A stretch of DNA of 63,335 nucleotides, the filler included, from Pirum gemmata (taxonomy: Eukaryota): assembly GCA_002812295.1 (NCBI GenBank). It is 19 parts of 19 records of this genome, joined end to end, with 100 filler letters (N's around TTAATTAATTAA, not from the genome) between each part and the next. Parts side by side here need not be neighbours in the genome. Positions count along the whole stretch, not along the records: positions 34,331 to 37,410 come from PDIN01003636.1; positions 37,511 to 40,561 come from PDIN01003637.1; positions 40,662 to 44,414 come from PDIN01003638.1; positions 44,515 to 47,587 come from PDIN01003639.1; positions 47,688 to 50,714 come from PDIN01003640.1; 14 more parts are not named here. One strand, 5' to 3'. A model generated the notes under the pieces. It was not told the origin of the DNA, made no database searches, and worked only from the letters and a program-made list of their open reading frames with translations. Both the position numbers and the translations under genes were made by a program. Of the stretch, positions 34,770-49,212 are shown one piece after another; positions within the stretch are counted from its first letter, which is position 1; every line of letters starts with the position of its first letter.

Positions 34770-34816
<47 letters not shown>

Positions 34817-34836
34817 TTACTACGATTACTAGCTAT

Positions 34837-34871
<35 letters not shown>

Positions 34872-34893
34872 TTACTGCTATTACTACTATTAC

Positions 34894-34950
<57 letters not shown>
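34364..34950. repeat. Compound microsatellite (ACAATA)n/(CTA)n/(CTG)n
   Basis: Direct inspection; a similar (TAG)n tract lies at 53940-54715. Confidence 0.95.
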
Positions 34951-34996
34951 GGTTTTGTTTTTGTTTCGTTTTGTTTTGTGCTACTACTACAGTAGA

Positions 34997-35058
<62 letters not shown>

Positions 35059-36279
35059 CTGGCTTTTTTCTTCTTTTTTCTCACTTTTTTCTCACCATGT
35101 AAAAATTTCGTTGACAAAGGCAAAATTTTTGTTTGCAAATCTTTTTTTGGTGCCACTAGCTTACTAGCTAGCTAGCTACTAGCTAGCTATCCGATACTAG
35201 TAGTAGCTACCCAAAGTAGGTACTCTAGCTACTAGCTAGTCTGGTAGTGTAGCTATCATATTAAAATATCATAAAATATACAATAAAGAGTACCAAATTA
35301 ATACTATATAAACCCATTGCATTTAATTTGGTACATTTTATTATCTATTTTTTCATTTTTAAAAAGGCCAATTTAAATATCATAATCAACCAAATAAATA
35401 TTCAGAGTGACAAAATAAATGAAAAGCACGACAGTCTACTCTACTCTCTGGTCTACTCTAGTCTACAGTCCACTCTAGACTAAAAGCTAGACTAGACTAG
35501 CACTCTAGCTAGCTAGACTATCAGTACTACTAAGACTAGTCTAATAGACTAGTCTAATAGACTAGTCTACTAGTAGTCTAGGTGCTTTTCAGTTGTTTTG
35601 TCATTATAAAGTATACACTAAATTTAAATAGTTCCAAATTAATATAATATGAATTCATTTAATCTAATTTGGTATATTTTGTTATCTGTATATTGATTTA
35701 AAATGGTCAATTTAAAGATTATAACCCTCCAAATAAATCAAATAAATGAAGTCCTTGGCTAGAGCTACTAGTCTACTAACCCTAACCCTAACCCTAACCC
35801 TAACCCTAACCCTAACCCTAACCCTAACCCTAACCCTAACCCTAACCCTATAATAGAGAAAAAAAAAAGACAAGAGTAAAAAAAAGTATATAAAAGCCCT
35901 ACTTCTTTACAACTTTTTTCATAAAATTGTATCACCCCTCCCCTATTATTAATTAACAACAACAACAAAAAATGAAACAATAGTAATAGCATGACAAAAG
36001 GAGCTTTCTGACTTGTTGTTAATAATTAATATATTATATTATTAATATTATATTATATTATATAAAAGAAAACATGTTTCTGATTGCTCCAGACTCTTTT
36101 GCGAGCTGCCTTCGCCAAATCCAGCAAAACATTACTAAAGTTTCATTTTCTTCCCAATGCCAGAAGTTTTATAATATTTTGAACGAAAAATGTTTTTTTG
36201 TTTATGGCACTTCGGCTTTTAGTTACCTAATAGAATGGGTTGGTTGGAAATTTCATGTACAAACTTCTACAAAGTGACC

Positions 36280-37410
36280 CTCCCCAAAACCTACAACTTT
36301 GACCTCATCTTTTTTTTCTTTTGAAACCTTCTGGCCAATGAAGAGGCAAAACGAGGTACGCTAGTGTTTTGGTTATCTAACAAAAGATATTCTCCCAATT
36401 CAGCTTTTGGACTCTTGTTGGCAATTTAAGTAACTAAGGAATTATAACACCTAGTTGGCAAAAGAAGATCCTATTTTACAGCTCTTACTTCTCGCCAATA
36501 GGTTTGTACTCTCTAAGTTGGTATTAGCGTTTTGCTATCCTAAAACCGACTTTGGCTTGTATTCGGCTTTTGAACTCTATTGGCAAAATTAATTAAAAGG
36601 TGATGTTGGCAAAAGAAGTTCCTATTTTTACAATCAAATTATGAAAAGTCTTACTTCTCGCCAATAAAAAAGCAAAATGAGGTACGTTAGTGTTTTGGTT
36701 ATCTAAGCAAAAGAATTTCCCCAAAACCTACAACTTTGACCTCGTCTTTTTTTCGTCTTTTAATTAATTGCGGCTTTTGGACTCTTGTTGGCAAGTTTGG
36801 TTAAGTCTTAATTTCGTCTTTTGGATCCGGACTCTGTTGACAAAGTTAAATAAAAGGCGATCCGTAAAACCTAATTGGCAAAAGAAGTTCCTATTTTTAC
36901 AATCAAATTATGAAAAGACTTACTTCTCGCCAATAAAAAAGAAAAACGAGGTACGCTAGTGTTTTGGTTATCTAAGCAAAAGAATTTCCCCAAAACCTAC
37001 AACTTTGACCTCATCTTTTTTTCGTCTTAATTTCGGCTTTTGGACTGGTGTTGGCAAGTTTAAGTCTTAATTTCGTCTTTTGGATCCGGACTCTGTTGAC
37101 AAAGTTAAATAAAAGGCGATCCTGAACATCTAATTGGCAAAAGAAGTTCCTATTTTTACAATCAAATTATGAAAAGACTTACTTCTCGCCAATAAATGAG
37201 GTACGCTAGTGTTTTGGTTATCTAAGCAAAAGAATTTCCCCAAAACCTACAACTTTGACCTCATCTTTTTTTCGTCTTAATTTCGGCTTTTGGACTCGTG
37301 TTGGCAAGTTTAAGTCTTAATTTCGTCTTTTGGATCCGGACTCTGTTGACAAAGTTAAATAAAAGGCGATCCTGAACATCTAATTGGCAAAAGAAGTTCC
37401 TATTTTTACA
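36280..37410. repeat. Tandem satellite, ~250-bp unit
   Basis: CCCCAAAACCTACAACTTTGACC recurs at ~36282, 36719, 36988, 37238; TTGGCAAAAGAAGTTCCTATTTTTACA at ~36875, 37133, 37384. Confidence 0.92.
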
Positions 37411-37855
37411 NNNNNNNNNNNNNNNNNNNNNNNNNNNNNNNNNNNNNNNNNNNNTTAATTAATTAANNNNNNNNNNNNNNNNNNNNNNNNNNNNNNNNNN
37501 NNNNNNNNNNTTAGGGCTAGGGTTAGGGTTAGGGTTAGGGCTAGGGTTAGGGTTTAGGGTTTGGTACTATTTATTGTTTATTTTATGAAGGCAAAACCAC
37601 TGAAAAGCACTACTAGCTAGCTAGACCTCCGGTTTGTAATACCCACTATATCATAATTATTACAGTGTTAAAGGAGGAGCAGAAATTCCCATAGAGGAGA
37701 CAATGGATACGTCGTCATGAAACATACAATAAATAGTACCAAATTAATACAATATAAATCCATTGCATTTAATCTGGTATATTTTATTATATATTTATTT
37801 ATTTAAAAGTATCAATTTATATATTATAAACAGCCAAATAAATATTCGGAGTGAC

Positions 37856-38130
37856 ATAATCATAATCATAATCATAATCATATAATCATAATCATAATCA
37901 TAATCATAATCATAATCATAATCATAATCATAATCATAATCATAATCATAATCGTAATCGTAAGCATAAAATCATAATCATAATCATAATCATAATCATA
38001 ATCATAATCATAATCATAATCATAATCATAATCATAATCATAATTATAATCATAATCATAATCATAATCATATCAAAATCATAATAATCATAATCATAAT
38101 CATATAATATAATCATAATCGTCATCATAA
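37856..38130. repeat. (CATAAT)n microsatellite
   Basis: Direct tandem hexamer. Confidence 0.95.
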
Positions 38131-38426
38131 CCATTCAACAATTAAAATCATATTTTAATAATATTAATTACTTAGTTTTTTGAGATCAAAAAGATACTAC
38201 TGTAGTATCCAGTAATTTTCAAGCCAATATAATAATAGTATACATATTATACTAATAATTTTCAATTAGTCTACATTTATCAATATATTATTATAATAAT
38301 ATAATATTCTGTATAAAATATTAATAATTTTGGTATTATTTGGTATTATTTGGTATTATTTGGTATTATTTGGTATTATTTGGTATTATTTGGTATTATT
38401 ATTAATTTTGGTATTATTATAAACAA

Positions 38427-38563
38427 CTACATAGAACTGAAAGAAACTGAAAACAAACGAAAATGATAAAATTTTGTTGGAGCAGGTGTTGAGAAAAAAC
38501 CATTATTATTATTACTATTAGTATTATTNTTACTATTATTATTATTAGTATGATAACTATTAC

Positions 38564-38594
<31 letters not shown>

Positions 38595-39620
38595 GTAATT
38601 GTTGTTGTTGTTGTTGTGATAATTAGCATTATTATTATTATAATTATTATTACAATATCTATTAGAACGAGAAGCATTATTATTATTATTGATATTATTA
38701 CCATAATTATTATTATTAGAACAGCCATTATTACGATTAAATGGGCGATTACTATTATTAAATGATCCATTAGTATTAGAGCGAGAATTTTTTATTGTAA
38801 CATTCAGTTGTTTTTGAACTGATGTTTGAAATTGTAAAGAACCTAATGATGGATCATGTTTTTGCTCAATAATAGTACTTGCAGCCCAGCTTTTATCTTT
38901 ATCACATACACGAACAGATATAAAACGTCGCATCGTAAAATGAAAAAGTGGTTGAAGAGCAAGATCATCACCATAAATATCCATCATTTGATCCATTGAT
39001 TTACATAAAAAATTTAATTCTGTAGCATTTCTATAACTATTAATTTGATTTAGTATTGTGTCATATAGAGTGGTGAAACGATTATGATATAATATTTATA
39101 TGTTTAAAACTTGTGAAATGAATATGGTAGCTTCTCTGATGTTTTCGTGTAAAGCAATGTTTTGTAATGAATTGTCAACAGAACTATTATTCAAGGATAA
39201 ATTAATTATTAGTATGAGAAGTACTGGGAGAAGAAGATTGAGAAGTGTGTGATTTTGGATTATTAATGTCAGATGATAAAAAAGTATCTAAAATGGAGGA
39301 AATGGATTGTGCAGAAGTATCATTATTATTAGTGATTGTAGTGGAAGAATTAGTATTTTGTTGATTATCAGTAGGACATTGAGTATGTGAATTGATAGAA
39401 CCAGCTGTAATGGATTTATTTCTAAGATTCTTGATTAATGGATCATCACGAAATTTTTGAATTGCAGATAAAACATGAGTAATGGAATCAAATTGATTAG
39501 GTAGTGTAGATGTAGTTGTGGCACTGGAAGAAGTAATTGGAGTAGTTGGTAAAATAGTTGATGTAGTTGAGGATGTTGGATTTGATGACGTAGATGTCAG
39601 AGTTGAAGGAGAAGAAGTAA
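38427..39620 (-). pseudogene. Disrupted ORF: Ser/Thr-rich N-part, helical core, Asn-rich tail; possibly a retroelement ORF1 remnant
   Basis: Coding-like frame from ~39620 broken by a frameshift near 39210 and an in-frame TAA near 39097, continuing as RNATELNFLCKSMD...MRRFISVRVCDKDKSWAAS. Confidence 0.35.
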
Positions 39621-39748
39621 CTGTAGTTGTATAATATTATGTTTTGTTTTGTTTTGTTTTGTTTTGTTTTGTTTTTGTTTTGTTTTGTTTTGTTTTTGTT
39701 TTGTTTTGTTTTGTTTTTTAGGGTTAGGGTTAGGGTTAGGGTTAGAGC

Positions 39749-39881
39749 ATTCAAATACTACGTAACGCCAATTTCCCGTCAAATTCAGCTTCAAATACCC
39801 CAACCTACCTACCCCTCGACGTTGAATTCCCGTCAAATACCACCTACCTATCTACCCCTTGACGTGACGTATTATTCGAAT
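39749..39881. mobile_element. MITE-like family C (~133 bp, ~19-bp imperfect TIR, strand-asymmetric GGTAGG core)
   Basis: TIR ATTCAAATACTACGTAACG / CGTGACGTATTATTCGAAT. Copies at ~27453-27562, 28010-28052, 28434-28538, 29998-30082, 40137-40260. Confidence 0.8.
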
Positions 39882-40775
39882 ACTCTCCAAGTATCAAAGA
39901 GACTGTCTGTAATTCTCTGTATACATCAACAGTACATCAAGATAATCCTCAGAAGGAAATCAAAAGACTTTTTTAGTAGAATCTATGTCATAGTAGTTAA
40001 AATCTAGCCTTTCTAAAGAATCAGTAAGTTCATTCTATTTCATTCTGGTTCATTCAGCAAAGTCGGAGCAAGTCATTATTATGACCTAAAGATTTTTCTT
40101 TTTCCCTTCAGGGGTCCTCAAAAATCCAAATAAAACTCAAATAATACATCACATCAAGGGGTAGGTAAGTAGGTGGTATTTTACCGGAAATCAACGTCGA
40201 GGGGAAGGTAGGTAGGGGTATTTGAAGTTGTGTTTGACCGGAAATTGGCGTTAAGTAGTATAGTATCATCCAGGGGTGCTCCAGGGGTGAGAAATCGTCC
40301 AACTGAAGGAAATTTTATTTTGAACTTTTTTCTTTTTTTTTTTTTAACTATAAAGCTGGATAAAAATGGCGACATCCGCCATATGAGCTCAAAAATCCAG
40401 AAAATCTCAATTTGAGCCAAATAAAATAAAAGTGCTACCAAATTTTGAGAAATGTGTGTAACTAAGAAAACTCTATTATGAACTAATGGCTATTTTTAAA
40501 AAATAATTTGGCTAGTGATTATTGAAGGTTTTTATTTTAAAAAAAAAGAAGTATAAAAAAANNNNNNNNNNNNNNNNNNNNNNNNNNNNNNNNNNNNNNN
40601 NNNNNTTAATTAATTAANNNNNNNNNNNNNNNNNNNNNNNNNNNNNNNNNNNNNNNNNNNNTTATTAATATTAAAATTATTATCAATATTATCATATAAT
40701 ATTATAATTATATTAATTATAATAATTCTAACAAAGTAATAGCAGCATGCAGTACTAATAATAATAATAATAATA

Positions 40776-40812
<37 letters not shown>

Positions 40813-40904
40813 TAAACAGCAGTAACAACTGATACAACAATAATGATAACACTGGTCGAAGTAATAGCAGTATGTAGCAATATCAAAAATAATTAAATCT
40901 TTCA

Positions 40905-41185
40905 AATCAGTATCGCTATAGCTATTGCAACTATCATTAACAACACCATAAAATAGACAATAATACCTATAGCAAGAACAAAATAGCCCATTCCTTTATA
41001 TATGTATATATAAATGATTGGTTAGAAAAGGGTAAAATAGAAACGAATAGTGGAAAAATCTCGTACAATTAGATGGTAATGATATATAATATTATATAAT
41101 AATACTAAACATACCATTTGTGAGATATAACAAACCAGCCAAGATACCAGATATTGAAATACACAAGAAGGGAGCAAAGCTCATT
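40905..41185 (-). CDS. Possible last two exons of a multi-pass membrane protein
   Basis: A GT-AG splice joins MSFAPFLCISISGILAGLLYLTN-G-MGYFVLAIGIIVYFMVLLMIVAIAIAILI*; no family recognised. Confidence 0.3.
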
Positions 41186-41300
41186 CTAATAATACAAAGA
41201 AAGTTAAAATAAACACACATTTAAAAATTGCAAAATTGTCACCAAACACACAAGGGCCAAGAATCCCACAGCCAAAAAGATAAAAACATAACATAACATA

Positions 41301-41368
<68 letters not shown>

Positions 41369-41789
41369 NNNNNNNNNNNNNNNNNNNNNNTTCCAAGTTC
41401 CAAGCTACTCTTGGACTCTTGGAATCTTGGATTAGTAAAAATTCCACAACTAGCCAATCAATGACCATGATAAAAAACAATGTCATCTCATATTGTTAAA
41501 AACTTAAAAACTATTGTGTTGATGTATCATACAGATTCATAAACTACTTGTCTAGCTAGTAGTCTCTACTAGCTAGCTAGCTAGTAGGCATCCACAGATA
41601 GTCCGAGATAGTCTCTAGCTAGAACTATCATTTCAACTATGAGGGGGGTCATAGCTTTCGGAGTGCTATCGGGTATGTGTATCATTGATAGCTAACCGAA
41701 CTTGGGTCTAGCTTGGCTAGCTAGCTAGCAGTAGTAGCTAGCCTAGCCGCTAGCTAGCTAGCTACGATAGTCTAGCTAGTAGCCAGGTA

Positions 41790-43023
41790 GACCGTTACTG
41801 ACATAATTAGAAAAAACCTGTGGAATATAATATAAAACAAAATGAATGGGAAAAGATAATTAAAAATAGAAGAATCAATACAAAAAGAATACCGAAAATA
41901 CTAAAAAGTCACATATGGACTAACACATATGCATATGGATACTAACCCAAAGAAAACCAACAAGACAGTGGACGTCGAAAACTATGATAGTAGACCTAGC
42001 TAGATTATACGGCTAGCTAGATATCATGTATAGTATTGATATTCTAGGTATAAATAGTATGGTAGTCTATGAAACTATATATTAGTAGACAAGAGACTGG
42101 GGCTACTGAGAGACTGCAGTAGCTAGTAGTAGATGTAGACTGTGCTATCATATTTTTCAATAGTACTAGTGTTGTCCAACGATCGATATTAGGGCCAATT
42201 TTATTCATTTTATTCATCAATGACTTGCCAGACAATGTCCGACTCAAAACATCCAACAAGCACTTAACCAAATACAACACTGGGTGGATAAATGGCATAC
42301 AAAAATAAGCATAACAAAAACTCACTTCTTAATAATTAATGATACACCAATTGTAATCTTGAACTATACTATGAAGGCAAACCAGTAACAGTAACAACCA
42401 ACCCAAAACTAGTAGGATATTACCTAGACAAAGATCTTAATTACCAATACCACCTATCGAAAATCACAGCCAAGCTGAACAACAAGCTTCGCTTCCTGTT
42501 TAGACTGAAAGGTACACACTGGGGTGCTAACCCGATAACACTACTACAAACATATAAATCTCTAATGCGCTCAATTACCGATTATTCAGCAATAACCATC
42601 TTAATGATGACACCAAATGAAAGAAAACCACTTAAAATATTATAAAACAAATTTTAAAGCAATGCGACTTATCACTAATACACGCCAAGTAGACCACATC
42701 AAAATCACAATATTACAAAATCTAACAGCTCTACCATCGATTGAAGACAGATCAATAGCAAATAGCTAAACCAAGCAACAACTCACAACTCCCCAATAAT
42801 CGAACTACTATAATAATACTTGCCTATCACAATTGCAATAATGGTAGCAGTCGCAATATGGAAGAAGGCCACCCTTATGACAAAAACAATAGTCAATCAC
42901 CAACAACATCAGATGACAGCATTAATAGGCATCGTGAACGAAACTACCAAAATGAAAGAAAAGAAATATACTAAAGAAAAAATTGCAGCAACAACACCTT
43001 AATAAATAATAATAATAATAATA
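41790..43023 (+). mobile_element. Decayed non-LTR retrotransposon (LINE, I/Jockey-like) 3' portion with (TAA)n tail
   Basis: 42168-42250 encodes SVVQRSILGPILFILFINDLP (RT motif B'). 42361-42640 encodes PKLVGYYLDKDLNYQYHL...LFRLKGTHWGANPITLLQTYKSLMRSITDYS (thumb). Multiple stops and deletions; ends in (TAA)n at ~43000. Confidence 0.82.
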
Positions 43024-44190
43024 AAAAGGGGGGGGGGGCAACTTCGATCAATGGTTTCATAATTAACACCTTCCTTTCAGTAACTAATGGACTGAACACA
43101 ACAAATTGAAAGGGTGCTAGACCCGGCCGCGGGGGGATGGGGGGGGGGCACCCAGTAACCTTGACCAGACCCGCACCTGACAGAGTAACAAATCTCGTAT
43201 AAATAAAAAAAAAAAATGACATTTTCTATACACATCTATATAGACACCTGTGACCTTTCTTTCTTCCACGTTCTGTGAAGGAGATAATTTATAAATGTAA
43301 TATTATCATATCATAATATTTAATATCATAGTCCATGGTAATTATGATAGTAATAGTAGCAGTAATAACAGTAACAGTAACAGTAACAGTAAGTAAAAAT
43401 GATAGGAACAGTAATATTATGGCAAAAAAAAAAAAAACACAACCTTCCACCCCAACCAAGTTAAATAAGATAATTCTAAAATGGCAACTTTTTCATCATT
43501 ATTTTATTCGTATTTTATTAAAAAATAAAATAAATTTAACATTAGGCACCGTGAACACTAAACAAGAATTAAGATTCAAAAACAGTAATATACCCATGAT
43601 GAAATAAAAAAAATGTACATACAAACACATATAACCTCTCAGGTAAAACTAAAATTGACATGCATTCACGACGATTTTAACTATATATTCACATGCACAC
43701 AGGTTAATCTAATTAAAATTGCTTTTGAATTTTAAATTTTTGATATTAATACAGGTTTCCCTTACTTTTCTCTTAACCCCAATAATAATAATGACAATAA
43801 TAAAAACAAAAAGTAAAACCCAACAACAAAAACTAATAGATGTTACTTTGGTGCCACGAAATCATGAAAAATACTTTATGGTTATAATTCTTCAAAAAAC
43901 ATAACTAATGACAGTAAGTCAAATTTCACAATTTATCACAGTAATGAAAACGATATAAACAAGAGAAGCTGTATGGGGAGCATAAGAATAGCAGACAAAC
44001 TATATCTCAATAAACGTATGTGGTTGGAAAATTTTGGTTGAAAGCACTAAGCATTCTCATCTCCCAAAAGCTCATGCCCATCCGCACTGTTTCCTTTAGG
44101 ACCTAAATGTTTAATTTCAACTATTAACTTATGCATTCAAATACAAAATATAGTGGGTTTCAACACTAAATTAAAGTACTGTAATAATTC

Positions 44191-44232
<42 letters not shown>

Positions 44233-44352
44233 GCAGTGATAAAAATACTAATAATATAAATAATACTAAAAACACTAATAAATATATAATAACACCAATA
44301 AATACCAATAATACCAATAATACTAAAAATACTAAAAATATTAAGCCCACTA

Positions 44353-44396
<44 letters not shown>

Positions 44397-44536
44397 TACT
44401 ACTATTATTATTATNNNNNNNNNNNNNNNNNNNNNNNNNNNNNNNNNNNNNNNNNNNNTTAATTAATTAANNNNNNNNNNNNNNNNNNNNNNNNNNNNNN
44501 NNNNNNNNNNNNNNCAACAACAACAACAACAGCATC

Positions 44537-44579
<43 letters not shown>

Positions 44580-44759
44580 GTAACAGTTACATATTAATTT
44601 GTTTGTTAATGTTAATAATTATAAATGTTTTTTTTATATATTTTTTTACACTCCCAAATGTAGTTTGACAAAGATTTAGTTGAAAATTCGAACAAGCCTT
44701 TAGAAATGCTTGTGAAAGTGGGTATGAAAATCGGCCAGGCCATATAGTCGTATTTTATA

Positions 44760-46022
44760 GTAATAAGAGTAATAATGAATAATGAATAATAATGATTATG
44801 ATTATGTTTATGATTATGATTATGATTTATTAGTATAGGAATAATAGTAATAGTAGTAATAGGAGTAATAATGAATAATGAATAATGTTGATGATTTATG
44901 ATTATGATTTATTGGTATAGGAATAATAATAATAGTAGGAATAAGAGTAATAATGAATAATGAATAATGTTGATGGTTTATGGTTATGATTTATTAGTAT
45001 AGGAATAATAGTAATAGTAGTAATAAGAGTAATAATAAATAATGAATGTTGATTGTCTACGATTATACTTATGATTATGATTATGACTATGATTATGATT
45101 TATTAGTATAGGAATAATGGTAATAGTAGTAATAAGAGTAATAATGAATAAGGAATAATGTTGATGGTCTATGATTATGATTATGGTTATGATTATGATT
45201 ATGATTATGATTTATTAGTATAGGAATAATAGCAATAGTAGTAATAAGATTATGATTATGATTATTGTTATGATTATGATTATGATTATGATTTATTAGT
45301 ATAGGAATAATAGTAATAGTAGTAAGAGTAATAATGAATAATGAATAATGTTGATTATCTATGATTATGATTATGATTATGATTATGAGGGTTTAGTATA
45401 GGAATAATGGTAATAGTAGTAATAAGAGTAATAATGAATAAGGAATAATGTTGATGGTCTATGATTATGATTATGGTTATGATTATGATTATGATTTATC
45501 AGTGTAGGAATAATAGTAATAGTAGTAAAAAGATTATGATTATGATTATGATTATGATTATGATTATGATTATGATTTATTAGTATAGGAATAATAGTAA
45601 TCGTAGTAATAAGAGTAATAATAAATAATGAATAATGTTAATGGCTTATGATTATGATTATGATTATGATTTATTAGTATAGGAATAATAGTAATAATAA
45701 TAATGAATGATGAATAATGTTGATGGCCCTTGTCTATGATTATGGTTATGATTATGATTTATTAGTATAGGAATAATAGTAATTGTAGCAATAAGAGTAA
45801 TGTACAATGAATAATGTTGATGGTCTTTGTCTATGATTATGATTATGAATGTGATTATGATTATGATTTATTAGTATAAGAATAATAGTAATTGTAGTAA
45901 TATGATTATGATTATGATTATGATTATGATTATGATTATGATTTATTAGTATAGAATAGTAATAGTAGTAATAAGAGTAATAATGAATAATGAATAATGT
46001 TGATGGTCTATGATTATGATTA
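44760..46022. repeat. Composite minisatellite built from (GATTAT)n and TTTATTAGTATAGGAATAATAGTAATAGTAG blocks
   Basis: Variable-length unit repeated more than ten times. Confidence 0.9.
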
Positions 46023-46539
46023 TAGAAAAAACTTGAAACTCGAAAAAAAAAGAATATCATTTCAAAATTGTCACTATTTAATAATTAGGATCGAGCTGGT
46101 TGATTCGATTATGTTTTCCTGTACCTCCCATATGTCCTTCTTATTATTTTGTGGGCGGTTCAATAACTTTAAAAAAAATTATAAACCGAAAAAAGTTTTT
46201 TAACTGTTTTAGGAAAAAAATGTGAGAGTGCTGATCTTTTATTAAATAAAAAAATTCGCATGATGGATCTCAAACTCGGTTACTTCATTGAAATTAGTAA
46301 ATAGGCAAGAACTTATGATACTTATCTCATTTATTAAAAACTGCACCGAAAAAAAAAATATCATTCGTTTGCTCAGAATTTATTTCTCACTCGTTCGAGC
46401 CTTTTCTTTGAAACTTCGTTCTCCGCTTCTGTTACTCGTTCGAAAAAAAAATCGAGCTGCTACCCATTTTTTTTTGCGCAGTCTCATAACTCGGTTCTTA
46501 AAATAAAATTTGATGAAGTAAGTCACTTTTTTAAAAAAT

Positions 46540-47315
46540 ACCTTTTTCTAGATTGAAAATTTAATCGGTTAGATTGCAATCTGAAAGCCTAGAATCTTCA
46601 TCTAACAAGGTCTCCAGTGTTTTTGTTCCCTAAATTATAGTTTTAATTCTGAAATTACTTATTTTACAAAATCCTCTCAGCTACCAACATACTGATAAGC
46701 ATTATCAAATGACCCCTTTTTCTAGATTGACATTTTAATGGCTTAGATTGCAATGTGAAAGCTTACAGTCTTCATCTAACAGGGTCTGCATTATCAAATA
46801 ACCCTTTTTCTAGATTGACATTTTAATGCCTTAGATTGCAATCTGAAAGCTTAGAGTATTCATCTAACAGGGTCTCCAGTGTTTTTGTTCCCTAACTTAT
46901 AGTTTTAATTGTGAAATTACTTATTTTATAAAATCCTCTATGCTACCAACATACTGAGAAGCATTATTAAATAACCCCTTTTTCTATATTGTCATTTTAA
47001 TGGCTAAGATTGAAATCTGAAAGCTTACAATCTTCATCTAACAGGGTTTCCAGTGTTTTTGTTCCCTAACTTATAGTTTTAATTATGAAATTACTTATTT
47101 TACAAAATCCTCTGCTACCAACATAATGACAAGCATTATTAAATAACCCCTTTTTCTAGATTGACATTTTAATGGGTTAGATTGCAATCTGAAAGCTTAG
47201 AATAACATCTAATAGGGTCTGCAGTGTTTTGTTCCCTAACTTATAGTTTTAATTGTGAAATTACCTATTTTACAAAATCCTCTCTGCTACCAACATACTG
47301 ACAAGCATCATCAAA
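46540..47315. repeat. Tandem satellite, ~175-bp unit
   Basis: TTTTCTA(G/T)ATTG...AGATTG(C/A)AAT.TGAAAGC recurs at ~46544, 46717, 46806, 46980, 47152. Confidence 0.92.
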
Positions 47316-47999
47316 TGAAACAGTAATAATAACAGAATCATCGTCGATCAATTGTGCTTGTATTTTACTCTTTTTACTATCTCTTTCTAATAAAACGGCA
47401 CCCTATTACATATTAATTAGATATTTTATGTAAGTGCAAATAATAACAAGACTAAAGTCATTATATTTAGTTTCTAGTAAAAATGGTACCCTATTACATA
47501 GTAATAGGGTATTTTTTGTAAGTATAAATAATAACAAAACTATAGTTCTTATATTTTTTTTTTTTTGCTTTTTTTTTTTTTTTTTTTNNNNNNNNNNNNN
47601 NNNNNNNNNNNNNNNNNNNNNNNNNNNNNNNTTAATTAATTAANNNNNNNNNNNNNNNNNNNNNNNNNNNNNNNNNNNNNNNNNNNNTGTATTAATTTGG
47701 TACTATTTATTGTTTATTTGATGATGACAAAACAACTGAAAAGCACATGCACGTGCACGATACCATTTATTAATTTAAACCTGTCGCCATATATAATTAT
47801 CTACAAAAAGTTCTTTATTATAAGTTTGACCTACGTATCTGCATCGATGAAATAGAGCGTCATAACTACTATAATCATAAACGTCGTAGTCCTGCCTCTA
47901 CTAATCCTAATGTTATTGTGACTGTATACGATACCCTGTCTTCTAGTTACATAGATTATGCTACGATATACCTCAATTTTTGTTCCTAATTTCAGTTTC

Positions 48000-48726
48000 A
48001 TACATGTATCCGAATTACAAAATAAAAAGTAAAATACTAACCATCCTAAGTAATCAGATACGTAGGCTATTTTCAAATCCTGATCCTTATAAAATCAGTG
48101 AAAAATTAGTCAACGAAAAATCACTGGCTTCAGAATTTCAAGCAAAGTTATTATCTATAATGCAAAAGCTTGTTTTTTAATACAAAAAAGCCATGGAATA
48201 TGTTTCTGTACTGAAATTAGAAAAAGCAGAACTTTGTGTTCAGGCAACCTCTTTATTAAAAGTTTTAAAATTAAACAAGGGAAAAGTTTATTTTGAAAAA
48301 GAAATATCAGATATAACTAAAAGCTAAACATGCAGCAGCTGAGTTTCAGTTTCAATTATTTTTAATAAATGACTTTTTACCCAGAGTATTGTTTATTTAA
48401 TGATGATCTTCAGAGGGTAATGAGAAAATATTCAAAATTGTACTAAAGAGAGGTGAACATAAATATTCTGATAGGTTTTTTTATCTATGTTTTAATTAAC
48501 AAATATTATGAATATGTTTGTTGATAATTTTTCTGATCATGTTCAAGAAATAGCTGTATTATGCGCTAAAACAACATTTTTACAACCTGTTCATTTAGAC
48601 TTTTTGAAAGAATATGCTTCTATAGATCAAAAAATTGATAAAGAAAAAAATACAAACACATTCGGTGAAGCATTCGGTGATATAACGGTATTTGGCCGAG
48701 TATGTTGGTGTCGTTTTTTATTTTGA
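48000..48726 (+). pseudogene. Decayed coding-like region with a possible histone-fold segment
   Basis: Intronless basic/helical frames interrupted by stops; MNMFVDNFSDHVQEIAVLCAKTTFLQPVHL resembles histone-fold helix 2 to helix 3. Confidence 0.25.
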
Positions 48727-49171
48727 ATAGTTTATGTTGAAATTGAAATCTGTTGATTGTATTGATGAATGTTAGTAATAATTTCGTTGATATTGCTACG
48801 TATACCGATTAGTAGAATAACCATACCCTTTTAACCATAAGCATAAATATAATCATCACTTTTTACCATAACCATATCCATAACAGCATTATGTTTTTAA
48901 TATTTATTAATATATTTATAAAAATTAAATGAAATAGTAAATTATCATGTTATGAGATATATTGCTATCATAGCTAACACAATACCACAGTGGAAGGACT
49001 CATGATCATACAGAGTATTATAAATGAAATAGTATTTAATTTATATTAATTAATTAAAATCAAATTTAAAATATTATGGGTATTATATCATAAATTAAAA
49101 AATAAAACCTTTTCCATACTCCATTTATCATTATTGATTCATTACTGATTTGTTGTAAATTTGTATGCTGG

Positions 49172-49212
<41 letters not shown>

